From the NCBI GenBank assembly GCA_040752415.1, contig JBFMGU010000071.1:1-42130 (forward strand): a stretch of 42,130 nt of DNA. Reading direction: 5' to 3'. A program made the translations under genes and the position numbers. The notes beneath the pieces were generated by a model. It searched no databases. It was not told the DNA's origin and saw only the letters and a list, made by a program, of their open reading frames with translations. The stretch's first letter is position 1, and each line of letters begins with the position of its first letter. This stretch comes from Myxococcota bacterium. Its GTDB lineage: Bacteria; Myxococcota; JACRCW01. Below, piece by piece: positions 30,899-39,396 of the stretch.

Positions 30899-32061
30899 GC
30901 CTGCGTGCGGGTGCGTTGCAGCGAGGCCTCATCGACGAGATCCGCGTCCTCATCGGCCTCCGTGGGCTGCCGGGGCAGCGGCACGGCAGGTGGCGGCACC
31001 GCGAGCCCGCGCACGTAGTAGAGCTCGGAGAGGAACAACGTGAAGGTGCACGCGCTCAGCAGCCCGCTGTTGACGCAGGCCACCGTGGCCACGGGGCACA
31101 TGCTGAACGAGAGGATGGCCAGGAATCCCTGGATGTTCCCGCCGAAGCCGTTGGGCAGCAGCGCCTCCGAGAGGAGGATGCCGCTGAAGAAGGTGGCGCC
31201 CAGGAACGTGGTCAACCCGAGACACGCCGTGGACGCCCCGGTGCATCCCGCCATGCCCATCCACGGCGTCACCGGCAGCCCCGAGCTCTTCTCGCCTTGC
31301 GCCGTCGGCGGCGGCGCGGGGTTCGCAGCCTCGGTGCCCGGGGGTGGCGTGGCGGGTGGTGGTGCGGGCGCAACCGTGGCGAGCACGATGTCGGCCTGCT
31401 CCGGAGTGACGGGGAGCTGCAGCGGAACCAGCGCGTTTCCCGCCCGCGCCAACGGCACGCCGCGCGCGTTCTGCACCTCCACCACCAGGTCCATGGCGCC
31501 CGCCTCCCGCACGCCGTGCCACAGCGTCTCGTCGGGGAGCAGGCCCGTGGCGTGGGTGCCCGTCACCGGGAGCTGGAAGGCCACATAATCCGTGGTGTCG
31601 GGTGGCCGCGCGAAGATCATGACGTGTGAGGCTTCCTCGACGTGACCGGTGAGCGGGATGACCAGCCGCGCGCCGTCCCACGCGGGCTGCTGCACACCCA
31701 CGCCGTGCGCCTCCTGGTACGCGGTGAGTCGACGCTGGAAGAGCGCGCGCAGGTTGGGTGGCGCCTCGTCGCGGTCCGGCTGGAAGAGGGGGCGCAGCTC
31801 CAGGAGGCGGTCCAGGGCGGCGGCGGCCTCGTCGGTGTTGCCCTGCGCGTGGTGGCTGGCCGCGCGGTACCAGTGGATGGCCACACGGTCCTCCTCCGTG
31901 GCCGTGGGAGAACGCTCCGCCTCGTCCAGCCGGTTGAGCGCGGCCGGGAAGTCACCGTTGAGGTACGCGTCCTTGGCGGCGTCGACGTCCGGGTGTGCCT
32001 CCGCCACCGCGGCGCAGAGCACCAGGGTGACCACACAGGCGGCGGCGGGCAGGCGGGACAT
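30892..32061 (-). CDS. Exported TPR-like protein with C-terminal hydrophobic helices
   Basis: Signal peptide MSRLPAAACVVTLVLCAAVAEA; TPR-like helices; Pro linker; two Cys/Gly-rich hydrophobic segments. Confidence 0.75.
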   Translation of the reverse strand: MSRLPAAACVVTLVLCAAVAEAHPDVDAAKDAYLNGDFPAALNRLDEAERSPTATEEDRVAIHWYRAASHHAQGNTDEAAAALDRLLELRPLFQPDRDEAPPNLRALFQRRLTAYQEAHGVGVQQPAWDGARLVIPLTGHVEEASHVMIFARPPDTTDYVAFQLPVTGTHATGLLPDETLWHGVREAGAMDLVVEVQNARGVPLARAGNALVPLQLPVTPEQADIVLATVAPAPPPATPPPGTEAANPAPPPTAQGEKSSGLPVTPWMGMAGCTGASTACLGLTTFLGATFFSGILLSEALLPNGFGGNIQGFLAILSFSMCPVATVACVNSGLLSACTFTLFLSELYYVRGLAVPPPAVPLPRQPTEADEDADLVDEASLQRTRTQAY

Positions 32062-32112
32062 GCCGCGCAACCTAGCGCCCCTACGCGTCCGCCTGAAGCG
32101 CTGACGAATGCC

Positions 32113-34032
32113 TCAACGCAGGTCGCGGGCCACCCGGGCGCTGCCGCCGGGCGGAACGTTGACCTTGAACGACTGCCGCAGCCCGCTCTCGTCGTTGACC
32201 AGCTCCACCACGTGGTCACCCGCCGGCACCTCCATGTTGGCCGTGGGAGTGAACTGACCGGTGTCCTTTCCGTCGAGGATGATGCGCGCCCACGGACGGC
32301 TCTGCAGCGTCAGACGTCCGGTGGCCGGCGCGGCAGCCACGGGCGGCGCCACGACGGGAGCGGGCGTGGCGGCCGGCGGCGGCGCGCTCTCCCTGGGTTT
32401 GGCGCGCTTCTCCGGCCTGGGCACCACCGGCGCGCGCGTCAGCACGGCGTGGAGCGAGGCTGGCAGCGAACGCGCCTCGACGCGTTGGGTGAAGGCCTGG
32501 TGCCCGGGCAGGCGCATCTCGACGTCAATCGGCGCCGCCCCGACCACCCGCACCTTGCCCGGCGTGCTCCCCACCTCGCGTCCACCGACGAGAATCACCG
32601 CGCCCGGCGGCTCCGAGGTCACCGGCAGCTCGACGACACTCTCCGCGAGCGAGAGGCGCACCGTGGTGACTTCACCGGGGCGGACCTCCACCCGCTGTCG
32701 CGCGGGCTCCCGTCCATCCATCCGCGCTTCCACCTCGAGGGAGCCCGGCGTGAGCTGGTCCACCACCGCCGGCGCCGGCCGCGCCAACGGTTTTCCGGCG
32801 AGCGAGACCCGTGCACCAGGCGGGTCCGTCTCGACGACAAGTGTTCCCGGCCGTGGCGCCACCGCGGTTGCCGGCGGAATCACCGACGAGGGCAGCAGGA
32901 ACGCGGTCACCGCCACTGCGCCGCCCACCAGCGCGGAAGCCGCCACCCAACGCCAGCGTGACGACGCAGCCGCGCCCTTCACCACCGGCTTGGCCGCCAC
33001 CAGCGTGCGCTCCGGCTGCTTCTCGCCATGACGCGCCAGGATGCCGCTGATGTCCTGCGTGCGCGCCGTGGAGAGGGCGCGGATGACGCCGGCGAAATGC
33101 TCCTGGGTCCTGCGCTCCTGCTCAATCTCCTCCGCACACAGCTCCGCCATGAGCGCCGTCACATTGGACGCGGACCACTGCCAGCCGTGACGTCGGATCA
33201 CGTCCTCCACGGCGGCGCCGAAGGTGCGCGCGTCGGGCCAGCGCTCGTCGGGGGAGACGGCCAGCGCGCGGTAGATGACCTCCGCGGCGTCGTCGGGGAT
33301 GGCCACGCCCAGCTCGGTGAAGCGCGGGTATTCACCCTTGGCCACATCCATGAGCGTGCGCAGCGGGTTGTCGCCGGTGCGGAGCCGCTTCATGGCCACC
33401 AGCTCATGCAGCACCACGCCCAGCGCGTAGAGGTCCACGCGGTGATCCACCGACGTGCCCGTGACCTGCTCGGGACTCATGTAGCCGGGCTTGCCCTTGA
33501 TGGGACCAGTGGTGTGCTCGGAGTGCGTCTGCAGCTTGGCGATGCCGAAGTCACCCAGCTTCACGCCCCCGTCGAAGGAGACGAGGATGTTGTGCGGACT
33601 GACGTCGCGGTGGATGAGCCGGGGACCGCTGGAATCCGGGGTGCCGTGTGCATGCGCCAACGCGGCCAGCACGTGCTGAGCAACGTGGAACACGAACGGG
33701 AGCGGCAGGGAACACCCGCGCGCCACGGCGGCCTCGAAGACCTTGTTGAGGCTCCGTCCCGCCACGAACTCCATGGCAATGAAGAACGAGCCGTTCTCCT
33801 GCCCCAGGTCCAGCACCTGGACGATGTTGGGGTGGTTCAGCGCGGAGGCAATGTGCGCCTCGTCGACGAGCATGCGCACGAACTGCGGGTCCGCGGCGAG
33901 GTGCGGGAGGATGCGCTTGATGGCCAGCGGCTTGGCAAAGCCCGCGCTGCCGAACGACGCCGCACGGAACACCTCCGCCATTCCGCCCTGAGCGACGTGT
34001 TCCAGCAGGACAAATCGGCCAAAGCGCTCCAC
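32113..34032 (-). CDS. Membrane Hanks-type Ser/Thr protein kinase with PEGA domains
   Basis: GGMAEVF, AIKRI, HRDVSPHN, DFG, YMSPEQ; TM helix; ETDPPGA and TSEPPGA PEGA repeats. Confidence 0.96.
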   Translation of the reverse strand: MERFGRFVLLEHVAQGGMAEVFRAASFGSAGFAKPLAIKRILPHLAADPQFVRMLVDEAHIASALNHPNIVQVLDLGQENGSFFIAMEFVAGRSLNKVFEAAVARGCSLPLPFVFHVAQHVLAALAHAHGTPDSSGPRLIHRDVSPHNILVSFDGGVKLGDFGIAKLQTHSEHTTGPIKGKPGYMSPEQVTGTSVDHRVDLYALGVVLHELVAMKRLRTGDNPLRTLMDVAKGEYPRFTELGVAIPDDAAEVIYRALAVSPDERWPDARTFGAAVEDVIRRHGWQWSASNVTALMAELCAEEIEQERRTQEHFAGVIRALSTARTQDISGILARHGEKQPERTLVAAKPVVKGAAASSRWRWVAASALVGGAVAVTAFLLPSSVIPPATAVAPRPGTLVVETDPPGARVSLAGKPLARPAPAVVDQLTPGSLEVEARMDGREPARQRVEVRPGEVTTVRLSLAESVVELPVTSEPPGAVILVGGREVGSTPGKVRVVGAAPIDVEMRLPGHQAFTQRVEARSLPASLHAVLTRAPVVPRPEKRAKPRESAPPPAATPAPVVAPPVAAAPATGRLTLQSRPWARIILDGKDTGQFTPTANMEVPAGDHVVELVNDESGLRQSFKVNVPPGGSARVARDLR

Positions 34033-34109
34033 GGCTCACACCCTCAGGAAACCCTGATTCAATGCCCGGGGCGCCCGGCCACGCAAGGGCGTTGTGCGGC
34101 GGTCCCACG

Positions 34110-36101
34110 TCACGCCGGGCCGCCCGCGTGACCCGTCACCTCGTTGGCGCGGGTGGCCACCTCGTCGTCGTCATCCGGGCCATCCGCGGCGTTGAACGTG
34201 GCCACAAAGCGCGCGCCCCCGCCCTGCAGGTCCTCGTACGTGAGTGAGCCGCCGTGCTCCTCCACCGCCTGCCGACTGATGCTGAGCCCCAGGCCGCTGC
34301 CCTGGTCCTTCGTGGTGAAGAACGGCTCGAAGATGCGTTCCTTCAGCTCCGCGTTGACGCCAGGCCCGTTGTCCTCCACCACCAGTGAGACCTTCCCGCC
34401 CTGGCGTGACGTCATCACCCGCACCACCGCGTTGCTGTGCCCCGTCACCGCCTCGGAGGCATTGCGCACCAGGTTGAGCAGCGCCTGACGCAGCCGTGAG
34501 GGATCCGCGCGCACGGTCCCCGCCATGGGTGAGGCAATCACGGTCAGCGTCACGCCACGTCGTCGGAGATCGTCGCGCACCAGCGCGGCCAGGTCCTCCA
34601 CGGCGGCGTTGATGTCGACGGAGCGGGGCTGACCTCGACCCAGGCGCGCGTGCTTGAGGTACCCCTCCGTGAGCTCGGCCAGCCGGTCGATTTCGCGTCC
34701 AATGGCGCGCAAGAGGTTCTTGATCTCCTCGGCACGCGGGCCTTCCACGGCGCCCAGCTCGTCCTCCAGCAGCTCACAGTTGAGCCCCAGCGACGAGAGC
34801 GGATTGCGGATCTCGTGCGCCACCTGCGCGGCCAGGTGCGCCACCGCGGCCAGCCGCTCCGTGGCGGTGAGACGCTCGCGCGCGGCCTCGCGGTCGGTGA
34901 CGTCGGTGCCCAGCACCACCACGCCGGTCACGGGAGTGGCGGAGCGCGGGTCACGCAGCGGCTCCACGTCGACGTCCAGCACCACCTCCGAGCCATCCGC
35001 GCGCACCAGCGGCACCGTGCTCAGGTGGATGCCCTCCCCGCCCGCCGCCGCGCGACGCAGCTCCTTCTCGTGGTCCTTGAGCGCACTCCAGATGGGCAGC
35101 TCCTCGAGCGGACGGCCTTCCGTCTCCAGGATGCCAAGCTGCAGGAAGCTGCGCGCCGCCGGATTCACCCGACGGACCTTGAGGCTCCCGTCGGTGACCA
35201 CGATGGCAACGCGCGCACTGGCCAGCACGCTCTCCAGGAACGCTTTGAGGCGCGTGAGCTCCTCGTTACCGCGTGCCAGCGCGCCCTCCCGTTCCTTGAG
35301 CGCGTTCCCCAGCGCGCGCAGCTCCAGCGCCACCGCCTCCATCTCCGCGCCCGCGTTCGGGTCGATCTCGACGGTGTAGCTGCCGCGGCTCAGCGCATGC
35401 GCGGCGTCGGCGAGCTGACGAAGTGGTCGCAGGGCGCGGGCCACCCAGAGCGTGACGAGAAGACCCACCGCGCCGGCCAAGGTGGCGAGCGTGATGAGCG
35501 CCCAGGCGGCGTCCTGCTCGTCGCGCTCCGCCTTGAGGACGGACTGAGCGATGCGCTCATCCAGGTTCAACGAGAGGAGCCGCACCTGCTTGGCCACCGC
35601 CGCCGCCCGTTCGCGCGCGCGTTCGCGGAGCAGCAGGCGCTCCTCGTCACCCAGGTCCGTGCGGTCAAACAGCTCCGCCAGCGCTTCCTCCGCGGCCACC
35701 TCGTCCTCGTCCATGGTGCGCAGGCGGTCTCCCGCGTCGGCGAGGAAGCGGCGTTGTGCGTCGGTGGTGCTGAGCTCGGTGGCCTCGTCGACGGAGCTGC
35801 GCGCCTCACCCAGGCGGGCGCGGATGGCGCGCGGGTAGAAGTCACGGGCGTAACGCACCAGGTAGAGGCGCAGGCGGGGATCCGCTTCCGCCAGCGCGCG
35901 CTCGGTGTAGTCGTCGCGGATGTCCAGCAGCGTCTTGATCTGCGCCAGGTTGCGCGTCAGCGCCACGTACGTGTCCGCGGTGTAGCGCAGGCTTTCCCGG
36001 ATGCGGTGCATGCGCACCAGCCCAAAGCCCGTGGTCCCGGCAAAGAGCGCCAGGATGACCACGAAACCGAGGAAGACCCGCGCCGACAGCGAGGTGCGCA
36101 T
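34110..36101 (-). CDS. Membrane sensor histidine kinase (TM-HAMP-PAS-HisKA-HATPase)
   Basis: Start reset to MRTSLSARVFLGF; AHEIRNPL H-box, NLVRNA, DNGPG, FEPFFTTK, GSGLGL. Confidence 0.95.
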   Translation of the reverse strand: MRTSLSARVFLGFVVILALFAGTTGFGLVRMHRIRESLRYTADTYVALTRNLAQIKTLLDIRDDYTERALAEADPRLRLYLVRYARDFYPRAIRARLGEARSSVDEATELSTTDAQRRFLADAGDRLRTMDEDEVAAEEALAELFDRTDLGDEERLLLRERARERAAAVAKQVRLLSLNLDERIAQSVLKAERDEQDAAWALITLATLAGAVGLLVTLWVARALRPLRQLADAAHALSRGSYTVEIDPNAGAEMEAVALELRALGNALKEREGALARGNEELTRLKAFLESVLASARVAIVVTDGSLKVRRVNPAARSFLQLGILETEGRPLEELPIWSALKDHEKELRRAAAGGEGIHLSTVPLVRADGSEVVLDVDVEPLRDPRSATPVTGVVVLGTDVTDREAARERLTATERLAAVAHLAAQVAHEIRNPLSSLGLNCELLEDELGAVEGPRAEEIKNLLRAIGREIDRLAELTEGYLKHARLGRGQPRSVDINAAVEDLAALVRDDLRRRGVTLTVIASPMAGTVRADPSRLRQALLNLVRNASEAVTGHSNAVVRVMTSRQGGKVSLVVEDNGPGVNAELKERIFEPFFTTKDQGSGLGLSISRQAVEEHGGSLTYEDLQGGGARFVATFNAADGPDDDDEVATRANEVTGHAGGPA

Positions 36102-36269
36102 CTTGGGAAACACTTTTGGCACCCGGAGCGCATATTGACCAGCGTGTCGGCGCGCATGCCCACGGCGAAGGCCCACGCGGATCCGTTGGTGCGCGCGCAG
36201 CGAATCCGATAGGACCGGCCCCCATCCCATCCGGGCATTGAAGCGTTGGCGCGTGCGCCCTAGGGTGCC

Positions 36270-37223
36270 GTGGCCCCAAGGAGGTCGGTGGTCTTGGCAG
36301 AAGCACCCAACTTCAGAGCGCTCCTCTCCCGCCCCGTGGTCCTGGTGACGGGCAAGGGTGGCGTCGGAAAGACCACCGTGGCCGCCGCTCTGGGTTTGCG
36401 CGCCGCCCGCATGGGCATGCGCCCGCTCGTCGTCGGCTGCGACGGCAAGCCCACCCTGGCCCGCATCCTGGGCGGGGCGCCCGAGGGACCACGCGCCACC
36501 AACATGGGCCAGGGCGTGCACGCGCTGCGGGTGGACTTCGACGAGGCCCTGGCCGACCTCATTGGCGAGATCCTCAGCGTGCGCAAGCTGGTGGAAGCGT
36601 TCCTGCACAACCGCGTCGTGCGCACGTTCGTGCACGCGGCTCCGTCGGTGATGGAGCTGAGCCTGCTGCACCGCGTGGACCGCGCGCGCTCCAAGGATGA
36701 GCCGGGTGGTCCGTTCTCCCCCGTCATCGTGGACCTGCCCGCCAGCGGTCACGCGCTTGCGCTCATGGCCACGCCGCGCGCGGTGATGCGCCTGGTGCGG
36801 ATGGGGCCGCTGTACCGTCGGGCCAGCGAGCTGCTGGCGCTGGTGAATGACCCGCAGCTCACCGCCTTGTGCGCCGTCACGTTGGCCGAGGAGCTGCCCG
36901 TCAACGAGACCATCGAGCTCGTGGGGCGCGCGCGCGGCCTGGGTGTGCCGGTGGGTCACGTGGTGGTGAACGCGGTGCCGCCCTCCCCGCTCTCCAGCGA
37001 CGACGCGGAGCTGATGACGCACCTCTCGCAGCAGGGTCAGCCGCCGCTGGCGCACTGGGCGCAGGAGGCGCTCCACGGGAGCACGCGTTCCCGACGGGCG
37101 CGCGCGGAGATCGAGCGGCTGGCCAGTGTTGCCACCGGTCCGCTTGCCGAGGTGCCCTTCGTCTCGGAGGCGGGACCACGCCTCACCGCCAGCGTCTGTG
37201 ACGCGTTGGGAGAGAAGGTTTGA
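36270..37223 (+). CDS. ArsA/GET3-related P-loop ATPase, subunit 1
   Basis: VTGKGGVGKTT, DLPASGHA, LAEELPVNET, VVVN. Confidence 0.9.
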   Translation: MAPRRSVVLAEAPNFRALLSRPVVLVTGKGGVGKTTVAAALGLRAARMGMRPLVVGCDGKPTLARILGGAPEGPRATNMGQGVHALRVDFDEALADLIGEILSVRKLVEAFLHNRVVRTFVHAAPSVMELSLLHRVDRARSKDEPGGPFSPVIVDLPASGHALALMATPRAVMRLVRMGPLYRRASELLALVNDPQLTALCAVTLAEELPVNETIELVGRARGLGVPVGHVVVNAVPPSPLSSDDAELMTHLSQQGQPPLAHWAQEALHGSTRSRRARAEIERLASVATGPLAEVPFVSEAGPRLTASVCDALGEKV

Positions 37224-38377
37224 CCTCGACGGTGCAGCAGACGAAACCACCCGCGCTTGCCGGCCTGTTGCAGTCGCGCCAGCTCATTGTGTGCCTGGGC
37301 ACCGGTGGCGTCGGGAAGACCACCACCAGCGCGCTCCTTGCGTTGGCGGGTGCGTACGTGGGCCGCAAGGCGGTGGTGCTCACCATCGACCCCGCCCGTC
37401 GTCTCGCCGACGCGCTTGGCGTGGGAACGTTGGGCAGTGAGCCACGCGAAGTGGACCCGACGAGACTGTGGCCCGGCAGCAAGGGCACGCTGCACGCGCT
37501 GATGCTCAACCCGGCGGAGACGTTCGACCGGCTCGTCGCGCGCATGGTGAAGGACGAGGCCCGTCGTGACCGCATGCTGCAGCATCCCGTCTACCAGCAG
37601 ATGAGTCGCGGCCTGGCGGGTGTGCACGAGTACATGGCGGTGGAGAAGCTGCACGACCTGGCGCACGACCCGCGCTTTGACCTCGTGGTGCTGGACACGC
37701 CGCCGTCGAAGAACGCGCTGGACTTCCTGGAGGCGCCCAACCGCGCGTCCAAGTTCTTCAACGAGAAGATCACGCGCTTCTTCGTCCCCAAGGAAGGCAA
37801 GCCGTCCATCACCGACCGCTTCTTCCACGCCGCGCAGGACGCCGCCATGGGCCTCATCGGCAAGGTGGTGGGTGAGGACTTCATGAAGGACCTGGCGGAC
37901 TTCATGGCGTCGTTCCAGGGCCTGTTCACGGCGTTCGAGGAGCGCGGGCTGTTCGTCGAGAAGTACCTGCGCGGAGAGAAGTGCGCGTACGTGATTGTGA
38001 CGGCGCCGGACCCGGTGCGCGTGGAGGAGGGCCTGGAGTTCGCCGCCCGCCTGCGCGACTTCAAGCTGCGGCCCAGCGCGTTCGTCGTCAACCGCGTGCG
38101 CCTTACACCGGCGGGCGGAGTTCCCACGCCGGAGCAGGCGCTGCAGGTGTTGGCGGAGCACAACGTCGACGCCACCCGACGAGCGGACCTGGCGGCGGCA
38201 CTCTCCCGGCACCAACAGGAGCGCGCGGCGCTGAGCGACCGGGATGCGCGCACGGTGGCGGAGCTGCATCGTCGTGCGGATGGCGCGGAGGTGCTGGTGG
38301 CGCCCGACGTGCTGGAGTCCCCCAACGATCCTGAGGCGCTCGCGGGCGTGTGTCGGGCGCTGCTGGGCTTCCCGTGA
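37220..38377 (+). CDS. ArsA/GET3-related P-loop ATPase, subunit 2
   Basis: GTGGVGKTT, TIDPARRLA, EYMAVEKL, LDTPPS, VVNR; 4-nt overlap with subunit 1. Confidence 0.92.
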   Translation: MTSTVQQTKPPALAGLLQSRQLIVCLGTGGVGKTTTSALLALAGAYVGRKAVVLTIDPARRLADALGVGTLGSEPREVDPTRLWPGSKGTLHALMLNPAETFDRLVARMVKDEARRDRMLQHPVYQQMSRGLAGVHEYMAVEKLHDLAHDPRFDLVVLDTPPSKNALDFLEAPNRASKFFNEKITRFFVPKEGKPSITDRFFHAAQDAAMGLIGKVVGEDFMKDLADFMASFQGLFTAFEERGLFVEKYLRGEKCAYVIVTAPDPVRVEEGLEFAARLRDFKLRPSAFVVNRVRLTPAGGVPTPEQALQVLAEHNVDATRRADLAAALSRHQQERAALSDRDARTVAELHRRADGAEVLVAPDVLESPNDPEALAGVCRALLGFP

Positions 38378-39324
38378 TCTACCGGGGGCGATATGCGCCC
38401 TCGCCCACCGGTCCCCTGCACCTGGGGAACGCGCGCACCGCGTTGCTGGCGTGGCTGGACGCCCGCGCCCACGACGGAAAACTGGTCATGCGCGTGGAGG
38501 ACATCGACACGCCGCGCGTGGTGAAGGGCGCGGAAGAGGAACAACTGTCCGACCTGCGCTGGCTGGGCCTGGACTGGGACGAGGGCCCCGACGTGGGCGG
38601 CCCCCACGGACCCTACCGCCAGAGCAACCGCTACGAACGCTACGAAGCCGCGCTCTCGACGCTGCGCGGAATGGGCCGACTCTTTCCCTGCGTCTGCTCC
38701 CGCAAGGACCTGCAGCGCCTCGCGAGCGCTCCGCACGTCGGGGAAGAGGGCCCGGCGTATCCCGGCACCTGTCGTGACCGCTTCTCTTCCGACGAGGAAG
38801 CGCGCGCCGCGGCGGGCCGGGCACCCGCGCTCCGTTTCCGCGTCACGTCGGGAAAGGCCTCGTTCGACGATCGCGTTCTGGGAAGCATCGCCCAGGACGT
38901 GGAGCGTGACGTCGGGGACTTCGTGCTGCGTCGCGCGGATGGGTTGTACGCGTACCAGCTCGCGGTGGTGGTCGACGACGGGGAGATGGGCATCACCCAC
39001 GTGGTGCGCGCCGACGATCTCGCCACGAGCACGCCGCGCCAGGTGATGCTGCTGCGGACGCTGGGGCACGCCGTCCCCTCGTACGCGCACGTTCCCCTGC
39101 TGAACGGCCCCGACGCAGCGCGCCTGCAGAAGCGAGAGCCCCGACACACGCTGCGCGGCCTGCGCGACGCCGGAATCAAACCGGAGTCCGTGGTGGGGTG
39201 GCTCGCGCACAGCATTGGTCTCGTCGAGACGACCACTCCGGTGCGTCCGTCGGAGCTGGTGCGGGACTTCCGCCTGGGACCACTGGTTTCCCGGCCACGC
39301 TGGGACCTGTTCCCCGTCACGTGA
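38374..39324 (+). CDS. gluQ: tRNA glutamyl-Q(34) synthetase GluQRS
   Basis: GRYAPSPTGPLHLGN, RVEDID, CVCSR..YPGTC zinc site, YQLAVVVDD, RLQKR; ~316 aa, no anticodon-binding domain. Confidence 0.93.
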   Translation: MIYRGRYAPSPTGPLHLGNARTALLAWLDARAHDGKLVMRVEDIDTPRVVKGAEEEQLSDLRWLGLDWDEGPDVGGPHGPYRQSNRYERYEAALSTLRGMGRLFPCVCSRKDLQRLASAPHVGEEGPAYPGTCRDRFSSDEEARAAAGRAPALRFRVTSGKASFDDRVLGSIAQDVERDVGDFVLRRADGLYAYQLAVVVDDGEMGITHVVRADDLATSTPRQVMLLRTLGHAVPSYAHVPLLNGPDAARLQKREPRHTLRGLRDAGIKPESVVGWLAHSIGLVETTTPVRPSELVRDFRLGPLVSRPRWDLFPVT

Positions 39325-39396
39325 CGCCGCCGCTGGCCCCGAAAGCGTGCTCACCAGCGGCCTATCTGCTATGGCGCGCGCCCGAGGTGTCGTTCC

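Noticed and set aside
34110..37250. 1046-aa histidine kinase
   Set aside because: The first ~380 codons are mostly antisense to the ArsA gene; the kinase begins at 36101 with its first TM helix.
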